A DNA stretch of 47,611 nucleotides from an uncultured Clostridium sp. GTDB taxonomy: Bacteria > Bacillota > Clostridia > TANB77 > CAG-508. Location of the stretch: positions 1 to 47,611 of the forward strand of contig CAOKQM010000006.1 of assembly GCA_948470875.1 (NCBI GenBank). Direction: 5' to 3'. Made by a program: the position numbers and the translations under genes. Below the pieces are notes generated by a model, which saw only the letters and a list, made by a program, of their open reading frames with translations, had not been told where the DNA came from and did not search any database. Positions 1 to 11,023 of the stretch are shown in pieces; positions within the stretch are counted from its first letter, which is position 1, and each line of letters starts with the position of its first letter.

Positions 1-16
1 ATTCATTCCTCCATTT

Positions 17-49
17 AAAAAATAGGGTCAATGTGGGCATTGACCCTAC
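17..49 (-). terminator. Intrinsic terminator / GTAG-REP-like hairpin after the aminopeptidase gene
   Basis: Perfect 11-bp stem tagggtcaatg (23-33) / cattgacccta (38-48), followed by a T-run on the minus strand. Confidence 0.7.
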
Positions 50-57
50 GAATTTTA

Positions 58-1467
58 TTAACCTTTGTAAAATGCTTCATATGCTTTATAAGCTTCATAT
101 ACATCAAATTTACTTGTAATTTCATATGGTGAATGCATAGACAAAACTGGCACTCCGCAATCAATCACACTCATACCGCGATTTGCCAAAACAACTGCAA
201 TGGTTCCTCCACCACCAATATCCACTTTTCCAAGTTCAGAAGATTGATAAGAAACACCATTTTTCTCAAAAATATTTCTTACTTCTGCCACAAATTCAGC
301 TGGTGCTTCAGAGGCACCTGATTTTCCTCTAGATCCTGTATATTTCACAATTGTTGGACCTTTTCCAAGAAAACAACTATTGATTTTGTCAAACGTAGAT
401 GGAAAAGTTGGGTCAAATGCGCCATCAACGTCTGCTGAAATAACTTTTGAGTTGTGGAATACTTTTTCTAACGCATTTGACTTGTTTTGTCCTGCTTTGT
501 TTAAAAGTTCTGTTACGAAATATTCAAATGTTTTGGATTCCATTCCTGTTACACCACAAAAACCAATTTCTTCTTTGTCACTTAAAACGCAAACTGCTGT
601 ATTTTTTGGTGTTCCAATATCCAAAATTCCACGCAAAGCCGCATAACAACAAACTTTATCATCTTGTCCATATCCTGCAATCATGCTGCTATCTAATCCA
701 AGACTCTTAGCTTTAAACGCTGGAACAAATTCAATTTCTGAGCTCGTAAAATCAATTTCTTTAATTCCATATTTGTCATTTAAAAGTTTCAAAATATTGA
801 GTTTGATTTTTTCGCTCACTTTTTCATCAGCAAATGGCATGCTTCCAACCACAATATTTAATTCTTCACCTTGCACGCCTTCTTTTAATTTCCTATCCAT
901 TTGCTGACTTGCTAAATGTGGCAATAAATCAGAAATTGTGAAAATTGGGTCATTTTCTTCTTCTCCAATATTGACTTCAATTTTCTCGCCATTTGACTTA
1001 ACAAACGTTGCATGCATACTAAGCGGAATATTAGTCCATTGATATTTTTTAATGCCGCCATAATAATGTGTTTTAAACAAACCTAAACCACTATCTTCGT
1101 ACAATGGATTTGGCTTTAAATCAATTCTTGGTGAATCGCCATGTGCTGCAATCATACGAATTCCATTTTCCAAAACCTCTTCTCCAATAATGGCTGCATA
1201 AAGCGTTCTTTCTCGATTACTCAAAAACACTTTATCACCAACATGTAATTCTGTTTTTTGATTCAAATCTACAAAACCGTTTTTCATCAAAATATCTTTT
1301 GAATTTTTTACAATCTCCTTTTCTGTTTTGGAGCTATTTAAATAATTCATATATTCATCAGCAAATTTAAAAACAGCATTTTGTTTTTCTTCTGTCATCC
1401 CCTCCCAACCTATTTTTTTGCAGTTAAATAATGCCTCCTTTAATTTTTGACCCTCTGTATTTTCCAT
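58..1467 (-). CDS. M18 family aminopeptidase (aminopeptidase I / aspartyl aminopeptidase-like)
   Basis: 469 aa; motifs AHGDSPRIDLKP, THYYGGIKKYQW, GQDDKVC, DKEEIG, SMHSPYE. Confidence 0.9.
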   Translation of the reverse strand: MENTEGQKLKEALFNCKKIGWEGMTEEKQNAVFKFADEYMNYLNSSKTEKEIVKNSKDILMKNGFVDLNQKTELHVGDKVFLSNRERTLYAAIIGEEVLENGIRMIAAHGDSPRIDLKPNPLYEDSGLGLFKTHYYGGIKKYQWTNIPLSMHATFVKSNGEKIEVNIGEEENDPIFTISDLLPHLASQQMDRKLKEGVQGEELNIVVGSMPFADEKVSEKIKLNILKLLNDKYGIKEIDFTSSEIEFVPAFKAKSLGLDSSMIAGYGQDDKVCCYAALRGILDIGTPKNTAVCVLSDKEEIGFCGVTGMESKTFEYFVTELLNKAGQNKSNALEKVFHNSKVISADVDGAFDPTFPSTFDKINSCFLGKGPTIVKYTGSRGKSGASEAPAEFVAEVRNIFEKNGVSYQSSELGKVDIGGGGTIAVVLANRGMSVIDCGVPVLSMHSPYEITSKFDVYEAYKAYEAFYKG

Positions 1468-1569
1468 ACTATTTTTCTCCTCTCTTTTTTCTTATTTATT
1501 GAAACGATGATTAATTAAATAATAGTTCATCGTCTTCTTTTAATTTAAGCAGACAAATACTATTCGTCT

Positions 1570-2872
1570 TTACATGATTTCGTCAATGGTTTTTTCTTTG
1601 TTAACAGCTTGGTTAACGATTTTATAAGCTGATTTTAGGTTTTGAACTAGTTCATCGATATTTTTTGAATGGCTTGCATGAATATATGCTAAAACTTCAC
1701 CTTCTTGAACCTTATCACCAATTTTTTTGCATAAAATGATACCAACACGTCTGTCAATTTCGTCTTCTTTTGCTTTTCTTCCAGCACCTAATTCTATACT
1801 AATTTTTCCCACTTTTTCTGCATTTAATTCCTGAATCCAACCATTTTTATCTGAAATCACAGGAAAAATGATTGGCGCTTTTTCTAATTTATTTAACTCG
1901 AACAAATAAGAAGCGTCTGCGCCTTGTCTCCTAGCCAATTCCACAAATTTATGAAAGGCTTTTCCAGAATGGATAACTTCCCAAATTTCATTTTCTAACT
2001 GTTCTTCACTTTCTTGTCTACCTGCCAATTTCAGCATTTGAATACACATGGTAAATACAACTTCTTTTAAATCATCTGCCATTTCACCATGCAATGCTTG
2101 CACTGCTTCCATTAATTCTAAAGTATTTCCAACTGCATAACCTAATGGCTGCTCCATTTTTGAAATCACACAAGAAATTTTTTTATTTTCACCTTGCCAA
2201 ATTTCTTTCATCGTTTTGGCAAGGGTTTTTGCTTGTAATTTATTTTTCATGAAAGCACCAGAACCATAGGTTACATCAATCACAATTTTATTAGCTCCTG
2301 CTGCCATTTTTTTGCTCATAATGCTAGAAGCAATTAGTGGCACACTTTCTACTGTTGCTGTGCTATCACGTAAGGCATATAGTTTTTTGTCAGCTGGCGC
2401 CAAATCTAATGTTTGAGAAATCAAACTAATCCCAATTTCTTTCACATTATTTTTAAATTCTTCAATGGAAATATCGGTTCTGTAAGCTGGAATGGATTGC
2501 AATTTGTCAACTGTTCCACCTGTGATACCAAGCCCTCTTCCACTCATTTTAGCAACAGGAATTCCCATAGAGGCAATGATTGGTGAAATAATCAAAGTTA
2601 CTTTATCACCAACACCACCTGTACTATGTTTGTCAACTACATTTTCCGCAATATCACTTAAATCTAGCTTTTCACCAGAATTTGCCATAGCTACTGTTAA
2701 TGCCCCGTGTTTCTAGTTCATTCATGCCATTGATACAAATCGCCATAAGCAAAGCTGACGCTTGATAATCTGGAATTTCATTTTGAGTATACTTTTCTAT
2801 AAAAAACTCAATTTCTTCTTTGGATAATTCATTTCCCAATCTTTTTTTATCAATCATTTCAATGATATTCAT
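1570..2872 (-). CDS. pdp: Pyrimidine-nucleoside phosphorylase, copy 1 (one +1 shift at CGGG 2704-2707; 433 aa joined)
   Basis: ORFs 2672-2872 and 1570-2688 join as ...GMNELET-(C)GGG-ALTVAMANSG...; DKHSTGGVGDK, KMSGRGLG, SSIMSKK motifs. Confidence 0.9.
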
Positions 2873-2890
2873 ATTTTTCTCCCTTGTATA

Positions 2891-4193
2891 TTACAAAATT
2901 TCTACTACTCTTGAAGTAATATTTACTTTTTTGTTGGTTATTTTAAATGCGTCTTCTAAATTTCGGATAGCACCCATTATTTTGGTTTCATCATTGGTAT
3001 GAATATAAGCAATTATGTCACCAGAACTTACCACATCTCCAATTTTTTTATTGAAAACAATACCTGCTGCTGTCTCAATTTGGCTTTCTTGATTCATTCT
3101 GCCTGCTCCTAAATAAACAGCAATACTGCCAACTACATCTGCATCAATTTTTTCAATATAGCCATTATCTGGAGCATAAACTGGCATGATAAATTTTGCT
3201 TTTTCAAATTGATTTGTATTTTCTACATAGTTTATGTCACCTCCGCTGTTTTGCAATCATTTCTACAAACTTTTCATACGCTTTTCCATTTCTCAATACT
3301 TCTTTTACAATCAACTCGTTTTCTCTAAGATTTTTATTTCCCTTCATAATCGCCAAAATAGCACTTCCAATTGTGACAGTAACTTCTCCTAAATCAAATG
3401 CCATATTTCCCTTCAATGCTTCTATAGCTTCTATCATTTCTAAATTATGACCAACAGAATATCCAAGTGGTTCTTCCATATTCGTGATAATACACATCAC
3501 TTTTTTGCCTAATTTTTTTCCAACGCTTTTTAAAATTTTAGCTAATTTTCTCGCTTGTTCTTTGGTTTTGATATACGTTCCATTTCCATATGTTATTTCA
3601 AAAACAATATTTTCGCTTCCTGTTGAAATTTTAATACTCATCAAACTTGCTGCAATAATGGGAAGACAATCTGTACAAGCAATTTCATTTCTAAGTTGAT
3701 ACATTTTTTTCTCTACAGGATTCAAATTCTGTGATTGATTCAAAATTCCAACATTGATTTGTTTGATATTTTGCTTAAATATTTCAATTGGAATTTCTGT
3801 ATTATAACCTGGTATGGATTCTAATTTATCGATTGTGCCTCCTGCAATTCCCATGCCTCTACTTGAAATTTTCGCAATTGGAATGTCTAAACTAGCAATT
3901 ATAGGAAGTAACAGCAAAGTAACTTTATCGCCAACTCCGCCTGTACTATGCTTGTCCACTATTTTTTGGGTCATATCTTCTAAATCAATTTTTTCACCTG
4001 AATCCGCCATAGCAACAGCAAAAGCAATGATTTCTTCTTCTGTCATGCCATCTTTATAAATATAGCTAAGCAAAGCTCCTGCTTGTGCTTGTGTCACTTC
4101 TCCTTTGTTATATTTGCTAATAAACAATTTAATTTCTTCTTCTGAAAGTTCTTTTCGCTCTCTTTTTTTGGTAATAATTGTTTTAATATCCAT
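2891..4193 (-). CDS. pdp: Pyrimidine-nucleoside phosphorylase-like paralogue, copy 2 (one +1 shift at CGGA 3242-3245; 433 aa joined)
   Basis: ORFs 3237-4193 and 2891-3256 join as MIAKQ-(C)GGA-GD, restoring the conserved QGGD; DKHSTGGVGDK present, base-binding motif divergent. Confidence 0.8.
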
Positions 4194-4223
4194 TGTTTTT
4201 CCTTTCTTTTGTATTTTTATTAT

Positions 4224-4865
4224 TTAAACAAAATTTTTAATAAATGATTTTCTATGTAACCTACATGGACCATTTTCCTTCAAAAGTCGAATATGTTCAG
4301 CTGTTCCATACCCCTTATGTTTGGCAAAACCATACACAGGATAAATTTCATCCCATTGTCTCATTATTCTATCTCTAGTAACTTTAGCAATAATGGAAGC
4401 TGCTGCAATACAATAATGTTTGGCATCTCCTTTTACAACAGAAATATATGGAATTGAGCAAGTTTCAATCTGATTTAAAGCATCCACCAAAATCACGTCT
4501 GGTTTTGTTTTCAAGTCTTGGATTGCCATTTTCAGCGCCAGTTTTGTTGCATTTAAAATATTGATTTCATCAATTTTATTTTGTTCAACAATCCCAATTC
4601 CATAACTAATTGCCTCTTCAATAATTTGCTCATAGATTTTTTCACGTTTTTTTTCCGAAATTTTTTTGGAATCATTCACCCCTTCAATAAACGAATCTTT
4701 TGGCATAATTACTGCTCCAACAACAACTGGTCCTGCCAATGGTCCTCTTCCTGCTTCATCAATTCCACAAATATACTCAATATTTTCATTTTGATATAAC
4801 TTATTTTCTTCTATTTTTAGTAGATTTAAGCGTTCTATTTCTTTTTCTTTCAACTTTTCCTCCAT
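4224..4865 (-). CDS. rnhB: Ribonuclease HII
   Basis: GIDEAGRGPLAGPVV, NDSKK, KGDAK, AASIIAKVTRD, HKGYGT motifs. Confidence 0.95.
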   Translation of the reverse strand: MEEKLKEKEIERLNLLKIEENKLYQNENIEYICGIDEAGRGPLAGPVVVGAVIMPKDSFIEGVNDSKKISEKKREKIYEQIIEEAISYGIGIVEQNKIDEINILNATKLALKMAIQDLKTKPDVILVDALNQIETCSIPYISVVKGDAKHYCIAAASIIAKVTRDRIMRQWDEIYPVYGFAKHKGYGTAEHIRLLKENGPCRLHRKSFIKNFV

Positions 4866-4867
4866 TT

Positions 4868-5374
4868 CTATTTTTCTTCTAAAATTGCATTTAACCCTGT
4901 CATGGAATAATATTTTGTGCCTTCATAACTCATTCCTTGTGAATACAAAATTTCAGCATGTTCATAATTGACAAAAAAAGCCTCTTGTGAACCTAACATT
5001 TTTTTATCTAGTCCTTGCGATTCCAAACAATTGGCATCCCACTTATACCAATTCCAATTTTCTACTTGCATACTATCTACGCCAGCTTTTGCAGCAATTT
5101 GCTCAATTTCTTCTGGTGTTATATCCATTGAAATATCCGAAATGGTATAACGTATATCATCTGAACTAATCAAACCATTTCCAGAAAATTGATATTCTTC
5201 GTAAATTGTTTGCACTTTGGCATTTACAAGTATCATATGGGTGAGAATACGTCCCATTTTAACTTGCTTTATATTAGAAACTCCCGATTTTAATGTTATG
5301 CTTGTTATGATAGCTAGCACAGCTATTGTGATAACTAGACTTAGTAAACTCACACCTTGGTTATTTTTTGACAT
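4868..5374 (-). CDS. Pilin-like protein (class III signal peptide-like N-terminus)
   Basis: MSKNNQG/VSLLSLVITIAVLAIITSITL: short basic leader, Gly, hydrophobic helix; GGAGG RBS upstream of ATG 5374. Confidence 0.6.
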   Translation of the reverse strand: MSKNNQGVSLLSLVITIAVLAIITSITLKSGVSNIKQVKMGRILTHMILVNAKVQTIYEEYQFSGNGLISSDDIRYTISDISMDITPEEIEQIAAKAGVDSMQVENWNWYKWDANCLESQGLDKKMLGSQEAFFVNYEHAEILYSQGMSYEGTKYYSMTGLNAILEEK

Positions 5375-5577
5375 AAATTCCTCCAAAAAATTTCTTAAAT
5401 TTAAGATTATTTTAATTAATTAATTGTATTATATCTATAGAATTAATTTTTTTCAAGAGCCACTTAAAAAATTTTTTTAAGACATACTATTGTAAATAAT
5501 TCATTTTTGCAGTATGATATTTACAATCTAAAATTTATGAAAGCAATTTACTTGCTTTAAGAAAGGAATGATAACAA

Positions 5578-6849
5578 ATGGATAATTTTAAACAATCCGA
5601 ATTTTCAAGAAAAAAAGATTTCAAACATTTTACAACCCCTTTTATTTCTGGAGTTTTAGGTGCTAGTTTGGTTATTGGAATCTGTTTTGGTATTCCAGAG
5701 ATAAAAACCAAATTAGTTGGCGAAAAATCGACTCCTAACTTAGGTACTAGCACCTCTTCTTCCAATGTTTCAAGTGACCTAATCGATTTAGTAGAATATT
5801 CTAACACTTCTGTAGCTGTTGCTCAAAAAGTATTGCCATCCATTGTTGGCATTAAAATCAAATATTCTGTTAATTCAATTTTTGGCACAAGTGAAGCAAA
5901 TGCTACTGGTTCAGGAATTATTATTAGTGAAGATGGTTACATTATCACCAATAATCATGTTGTCTCAACAGAAAGTTCTTCTTCCTATTATGCCATTGAA
6001 GAAGCCTCAAGTATGACGGTGAACCTTTACAATGATTCCACTGAATATGAAGCCAAAATTATTGGGACAGATTCTTACACCGATTTAGCCGTCATCAAAA
6101 TCGAAGCTTCTGGTTTAACACCTGCCACTTTAGGAAATTCTGACCAAGTTAAAGTTGGTGAATTTGCCATGGCAATTGGTTGTCCTCTTGGCTTAGAAAG
6201 CACGGTTACTTCAGGCATTATTAGTGCTGTTAATCGAACGGTTTCTGATGGTACTAGTTCAGAATATACTTGCCTTCAAACAGATGCTGCTATCAATTCT
6301 GGAAATAGTGGAGGGGCTTTGGTCAATAGTAATGGAGAAGTGATTGGAATCAATACTTTAAAGCTTTCTGGAACCGGGGTCGAAGGGATGGGATTTGCCA
6401 TTCCAATCAGTTCTACAACCGATGTTATTGATCAATTAATCCAATTTCAAACAGTAAAAAGACCATACATTGGAATTGAAGGTGTCTCTGTTGACGAAGC
6501 AACAGCAAAACAATATCATCTTCCAGAAGGAATTTATGTTTATACTGTATCTAAAAATTCTCCTGCTGAAAAAGCTGGACTTATAAAAGGTGATGTTATC
6601 ACAAAAATAGAAGGAACTGAAGTAAAAAAAGTTAGTGAATTAAACAAAGAGAAAAACAAACATGCCATTGGAGATAGCATTACTTTAAGCATTTATCGTG
6701 ATGGGCAAGATTCAGAAATTCAGATTTCTTTAGAAGAAACACCAACTGAAGAGCAAACTTCAGCAACAACTGAAGAAATTGAAGATTCTTTATTAAATAA
6801 AAACAATCCACAAAATAATCCATCTATTTTTGATTTCTTTTCAAGATAA
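5578..6849 (+). CDS. htrA: HtrA/DegP-family membrane-anchored serine protease with PDZ domain
   Basis: N-terminal TM, GSGIII, TNNHVV, DLAVIK, QTDAAINSGNSGGAL, C-terminal PDZ. Confidence 0.92.
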   Translation: MDNFKQSEFSRKKDFKHFTTPFISGVLGASLVIGICFGIPEIKTKLVGEKSTPNLGTSTSSSNVSSDLIDLVEYSNTSVAVAQKVLPSIVGIKIKYSVNSIFGTSEANATGSGIIISEDGYIITNNHVVSTESSSSYYAIEEASSMTVNLYNDSTEYEAKIIGTDSYTDLAVIKIEASGLTPATLGNSDQVKVGEFAMAIGCPLGLESTVTSGIISAVNRTVSDGTSSEYTCLQTDAAINSGNSGGALVNSNGEVIGINTLKLSGTGVEGMGFAIPISSTTDVIDQLIQFQTVKRPYIGIEGVSVDEATAKQYHLPEGIYVYTVSKNSPAEKAGLIKGDVITKIEGTEVKKVSELNKEKNKHAIGDSITLSIYRDGQDSEIQISLEETPTEEQTSATTEEIEDSLLNKNNPQNNPSIFDFFSR

Positions 6850-6856
6850 ATACGGC

Positions 6857-6898
6857 AAAAAATTTACCCAGACTTTCTTTCAAAGTCTGGGTGATTTT
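6857..6898. terminator. Bidirectional intrinsic terminator between convergent htrA and the LRR gene
   Basis: Stem acccagacttt (6866-6876) / aaagtctgggt (6882-6892) flanked by A- and T-runs. Confidence 0.8.
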
Positions 6899-9124
6899 TT
6901 ATTGCCCCCAATTAACAACTGCACTTCCTCCGTTCCAATCGGTATTCCAACCAATTGGTTTACTTGAATGTTTACAATTAATGGTTTGAGAAGATTTCCA
7001 ACCATAAAAAGCTCTTACATTAATAGTTGTCACACTCTTTGGAATTGTTATACTATTTAAAGATGTACATTGTTGAAATGCGCGAGCCCCTATACTTGTT
7101 ACACTCTCTGGAATACTAATATAACTTAACTTCGTACAAGAATCAAACGCATACGCTCCTATTGTTGTTATGCTACTTGGAATTGTTATGCTACTCAAAG
7201 TTGCACATCCTTTAAATGTACTCTTTTGTATGCTTGTTACACTATTTGGAATATGAAGACTTATCAAACTTGTACAACCATAAAACGCCTGTGATCCGAT
7301 ACTGGTTATTCCTTCTTCTAATGTTACATTAGCTAAACCGCTACAATCTTTAAAAGCCTCTTTTCCTATACTCATTACACTATTCGGAATAGAAATCTTT
7401 TCTAAACTTGTGCAGCCATAAAACACTTCATTTCCTAAAGTTTTTACACCATTTGGTAGCGTTATGTCACTCAAACTTTCACAATTATAAAATGCATTAT
7501 TAGCGATACTTGTTAACCCTTCTCGCAGATTTACATTTACTAACTTTTTACAATAAGAAAATACACTTGTTCCAATAGTTGTTACACCTGCTTGAAGTGT
7601 TACACTTTGCAATTCTGGACAATTATGAAAAGCGTTTTCTTCTATTGTTTTTACACTTCCTGGTATAACAAAACTGGTGAAATATGCCTTTGCTTCTGTT
7701 ACAGCTAACGCAGGATTTGAATCCTGTTTACTGCTCATAAACGCATTTTGTTTTATGGTATCAATGGTATACGTGACTCCTTTTTCATCTGTATATGAAC
7801 TTGGAATGACAACATCTGTAATATAGTTTGTTCCATCTTTTATGGCACCAATGCTACCCTCTCCCAGGTAATAATATTTTGTTGCATATTCATCCTTTAC
7901 TCCTGTTATAGCAGCTGTTTTAGTCTCTTCATTTAAAGCATATGTGAAATATTTCGCATCTGTTGGATCCACGTTCCATAAAATTTTTGCATTACATAAA
8001 GTACTCCAATTTGAATCCCAACCACTTGGAGCTTGTTTAAATGCTTGACAATCAATGGTTTGTTCTGCTGTCCAACGAGAAAACGCATAAGATTCTATTT
8101 TAGTAATACTAGCTGGAATAATTAAGCTTTGCAAATTTGTACATCCTTTAAATGCTCCTGCTCCTATACTTGTTACACTATTTGGAATCGTTAAACTTTT
8201 TAAATTCTTACAGTCAAAAAATAATATTTCTTCTATCCTTGTTAAGCTTTTTGGAAGATTGATGCTTTCTAAATTGGTACAACCAGAAAATGCACTACGC
8301 CCTATATTGTTCACACGATTTGGAATGGTTAAATTTCTTAAACTTGTACAACCAGAAAATGCCACAGCTCCTATGGTTGTTACATTTTGTGGAATATTGA
8401 TATTGGTTAATTGATTACAATTAAAAAATGCCCTTTCTTCTATGGTCGTTATAGTATTTGGCAATACAAAGCTGTTAAAATACGCATTTAAAGTGTCTTC
8501 TTCTATTGAGCATCCAAGAGTAAGATAAAAAGCACTTGCACCTATTTTATCCACTGTATACCTTACCCCGTTTTCAGTAATCGTAGCTGGAATGACAACA
8601 TCTGTAATATAGGTTTCTCCATCTTTTATGGCTCCTACATAAGCAACATCATTATAATAATATTTTTCACCATATTCTTCTTTTACACCAGTTATGGTTG
8701 CAGTTTTAGCCTGTTCATTTAAAGCAAATGTGAAGTATTTTATGTCGGTTTGATTCACATCAGGATTTTCATAATAAGATTCCAAATAAGCTTTTAATTT
8801 TCCTTCAATTTGATATTCTCCAACTGTTATAACGCCTGTTTCTCGATTTACTTGACTTTCGTTACTAATAATCTTATTTCGGATTAATTGGTCAATTATA
8901 GTATCCAATGTTACAATATCGTTTTTAGCTTCTGCTTGAATAATCGCTAAATCAATTTGTTCTTCTAAATCCTTTATTTCTGCATCTCTTTTCACTTGTT
9001 TTGCTTGCTCAAAGACACCATTGTCTAATGTTATGGCTCTTATGCTAACTCCTGCTAAAATAATTAAAATAATAACGGTTATAAGTAAACTCATTAATGT
9101 GATTCCAGATTTTGCATTTTTCAT
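6899..9124 (-). CDS. Pilin-like N-terminus fused to BspA-type leucine-rich repeats (LRR_5); putative surface adhesin
   Basis: MKNAKSG/ITLMSLLITVIILIILAGVSI leader; many IPNSVTSIGxxAFxGCxxL repeats in two duplicated modules. Confidence 0.85.
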   Translation of the reverse strand: MKNAKSGITLMSLLITVIILIILAGVSIRAITLDNGVFEQAKQVKRDAEIKDLEEQIDLAIIQAEAKNDIVTLDTIIDQLIRNKIISNESQVNRETGVITVGEYQIEGKLKAYLESYYENPDVNQTDIKYFTFALNEQAKTATITGVKEEYGEKYYYNDVAYVGAIKDGETYITDVVIPATITENGVRYTVDKIGASAFYLTLGCSIEEDTLNAYFNSFVLPNTITTIEERAFFNCNQLTNINIPQNVTTIGAVAFSGCTSLRNLTIPNRVNNIGRSAFSGCTNLESINLPKSLTRIEEILFFDCKNLKSLTIPNSVTSIGAGAFKGCTNLQSLIIPASITKIESYAFSRWTAEQTIDCQAFKQAPSGWDSNWSTLCNAKILWNVDPTDAKYFTYALNEETKTAAITGVKDEYATKYYYLGEGSIGAIKDGTNYITDVVIPSSYTDEKGVTYTIDTIKQNAFMSSKQDSNPALAVTEAKAYFTSFVIPGSVKTIEENAFHNCPELQSVTLQAGVTTIGTSVFSYCKKLVNVNLREGLTSIANNAFYNCESLSDITLPNGVKTLGNEVFYGCTSLEKISIPNSVMSIGKEAFKDCSGLANVTLEEGITSIGSQAFYGCTSLISLHIPNSVTSIQKSTFKGCATLSSITIPSSITTIGAYAFDSCTKLSYISIPESVTSIGARAFQQCTSLNSITIPKSVTTINVRAFYGWKSSQTINCKHSSKPIGWNTDWNGGSAVVNWGQ

Positions 9125-9323
9125 ATTATATTTTCCTTTCTTGCTTGTGATAGACTTTATTATTTTAATTCTAACTTTTAATTTTTAAATTGTCAATAAC
9201 TTCCTCAAAATCTCACCAAAACAATTGCAAACTTTTGGATAAAAATTTATTATAAACTCTTTTTAATTCAACATAGAGTCTATTTTCTAAAAGCAAAAGT
9301 GAGCATTATGAAAATTTCAAACT

Positions 9324-9356
9324 AAAAAACGCAATCTTTTTTAGATTACGTTTTTT
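9324..9356 (-). terminator. Probable intrinsic terminator
   Basis: Imperfect inverted repeat aaaaaacgcaatct / agattacgtttttt just downstream of 9372-9671. Confidence 0.55.
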
Positions 9357-9371
9357 GATTTTTACATTATT

Positions 9372-9671
9372 TTAATTTTCATCGCCTCTTATTCGTTCTT
9401 GTGCCTTCGGCTTTTCTTGACTTTGTTCTTTTTGAGTTAATGCTTTTTCCTCAGAAACAGTCGCTTCTATCCCTGCTAATTTATATTCTAAATCCTTGAT
9501 TTCTTGTTGGCTTCCTGGATTTTCTGCTTGTGTTATTTTAATTGCTTCTTCTAAGCTTAATTCTTCTTCTACTTCTCCTGCTAAATTTACCATGCTTTTT
9601 AAAGCTTCAAATACTTCACTAAACAGGTGTCCTATTTTACTTTCTTTTATACTTTTTGCAAGTGCTCCCAT
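9372..9671 (-). CDS. Hypothetical protein (99 aa, Glu/Lys-rich)
   Basis: ORF with GAAAGG RBS and downstream terminator; no recognised motif. Confidence 0.6.
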   Translation of the reverse strand: MGALAKSIKESKIGHLFSEVFEALKSMVNLAGEVEEELSLEEAIKITQAENPGSQQEIKDLEYKLAGIEATVSEEKALTQKEQSQEKPKAQERIRGDEN

Positions 9672-9769
9672 GTGTTCTCACTTTCCTTTCAATTTTCTTG
9701 TTTTTAATTATATCATAAAAAAACAAGAAAATCAAGTATTTTCTTGCATTTATTATCAAAAATTTGTTT

Positions 9770-10018
9770 TTAATAAATTACCACAATCGTATTTTCTTTT
9801 TCAGAGATTGTATTTTCAGAAGTTTTTTCTAGCTCAGAATCTGGCTTTTGGTTCAACTTTTCATTCTCTGTTTGCTTTTTTTCCAAATTTATAATATCTG
9901 CTACACTTTTTAATTGTATATCTAATGAAGTTCTGCCAATTAATTTCCCCATTACATTAAATAAGCATGCAATAATACAAATCGCAAGCAATGCTTTTTT
10001 CCATATTTTTGATAGCAT
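9770..10018 (-). CDS. Small hypothetical membrane/secreted protein
   Basis: AAGGAG RBS before MLSKIWKKALLAICIIACLF; hydrophobic N-terminus. Confidence 0.6.
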   Translation of the reverse strand: MLSKIWKKALLAICIIACLFNVMGKLIGRTSLDIQLKSVADIINLEKKQTENEKLNQKPDSELEKTSENTISEKENTIVVIY

Positions 10019-10091
10019 ATTTTTCTCCTTTTTTATCAATCTCTTTTTTTATTATATCTTTTTTTAGAGGAAAAGTCAATATTTTAAAAAA

Positions 10092-10820
10092 CTAAAAAAA
10101 TTTTTCTAATTTATACTCTTTTTCTAATTTTTCATTCAAATAAATTGTGGCAACTAATTCTAATTCTTTTTGGCATTTTTCGGATAACTGAAAGGAAAAA
10201 ATTTTTTTGGAATCTGCTATCATAATGTATTTAATCGCATTTTGTGTTGCTTCAGAAACAGCAATCGCTCCTGTATCTTGTTTGGCACAATTTTTGCATT
10301 TAAAACCATTGTCTTTCATACTAAAATGTGTTATTTCTTGCTTGGTTTTACAGGTTGTACATTGGTAAATATTAGGGGAAAATCCAATGATTTTGAGCAA
10401 CCTTAACTTAAACACCATGGTAATAAAATCTAAATTTTTATCTGTTTCAGAAATCGCAAATAACGTATTCAAAAATAATTTAAGAGTTTGATAAGAATTT
10501 TGATTTTCTGTTGTTACATCATTGATAATTTTAGTAATGTAACCTGCATAAGTTAATTTGTCTAAATCAGTTCGGATATTGTAGAACATTTCAATCACTT
10601 CACAAGAATTGAGTGAATAATGATTTCCACTTTTGTATAACATATATTCTCCAAAGCACAAAAATTGAGTGCCGCTTAGTAGAAGACTTTTCGGTCTTCT
10701 GGCTCCTCTTGCACTGCACCCAATTTTCCCCAAGTTTGGTGTTAGTATCGTTAGCATTTTGTCAAAATCGCCCATATTGTTTTCAACTAAAATTACTCCA
10801 TTTAACTTTATTTGTTTCAT
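10092..10820 (-). CDS. recO: DNA repair protein RecO
   Basis: GDFDKMLTILT..GKI...ARGARRPKS, CxxC...CxxC zinc motif; downstream of era. Confidence 0.92.
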   Translation of the reverse strand: MKQIKLNGVILVENNMGDFDKMLTILTPNLGKIGCSARGARRPKSLLLSGTQFLCFGEYMLYKSGNHYSLNSCEVIEMFYNIRTDLDKLTYAGYITKIINDVTTENQNSYQTLKLFLNTLFAISETDKNLDFITMVFKLRLLKIIGFSPNIYQCTTCKTKQEITHFSMKDNGFKCKNCAKQDTGAIAVSEATQNAIKYIMIADSKKIFSFQLSEKCQKELELVATIYLNEKLEKEYKLEKFF

Positions 10821-10832
10821 TTGAACTTCCTT

Positions 10833-10922
10833 TTATTTTTTCGTTCGTTTGAATTCAAGATACATCGTAATATCACCAGTTTTCTTGAACGCATTCCATG
10901 CAATATCTGTAATCATTTTCAT
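10833..10922 (-). CDS. YqzL-like small protein (29 aa, below the ORF-track cutoff)
   Basis: Hand-translated MKMITDIAWNAFKKTGDITMYLEFKRTKK with AAGGAG RBS; WxxFxxTGDIxxYL pattern and era-recO position typical of YqzL. Confidence 0.7.
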   Translation of the reverse strand: MKMITDIAWNAFKKTGDITMYLEFKRTKK

Positions 10923-11023
10923 CCACTCCTTTATTCTTCCTTCTTATTTTGTCCAAAATGCCCTATTTGATAATTGATTTTCGCTGACAATATTTTCCAT
11001 TTTTGGAGTGAATGTTATTTCAT

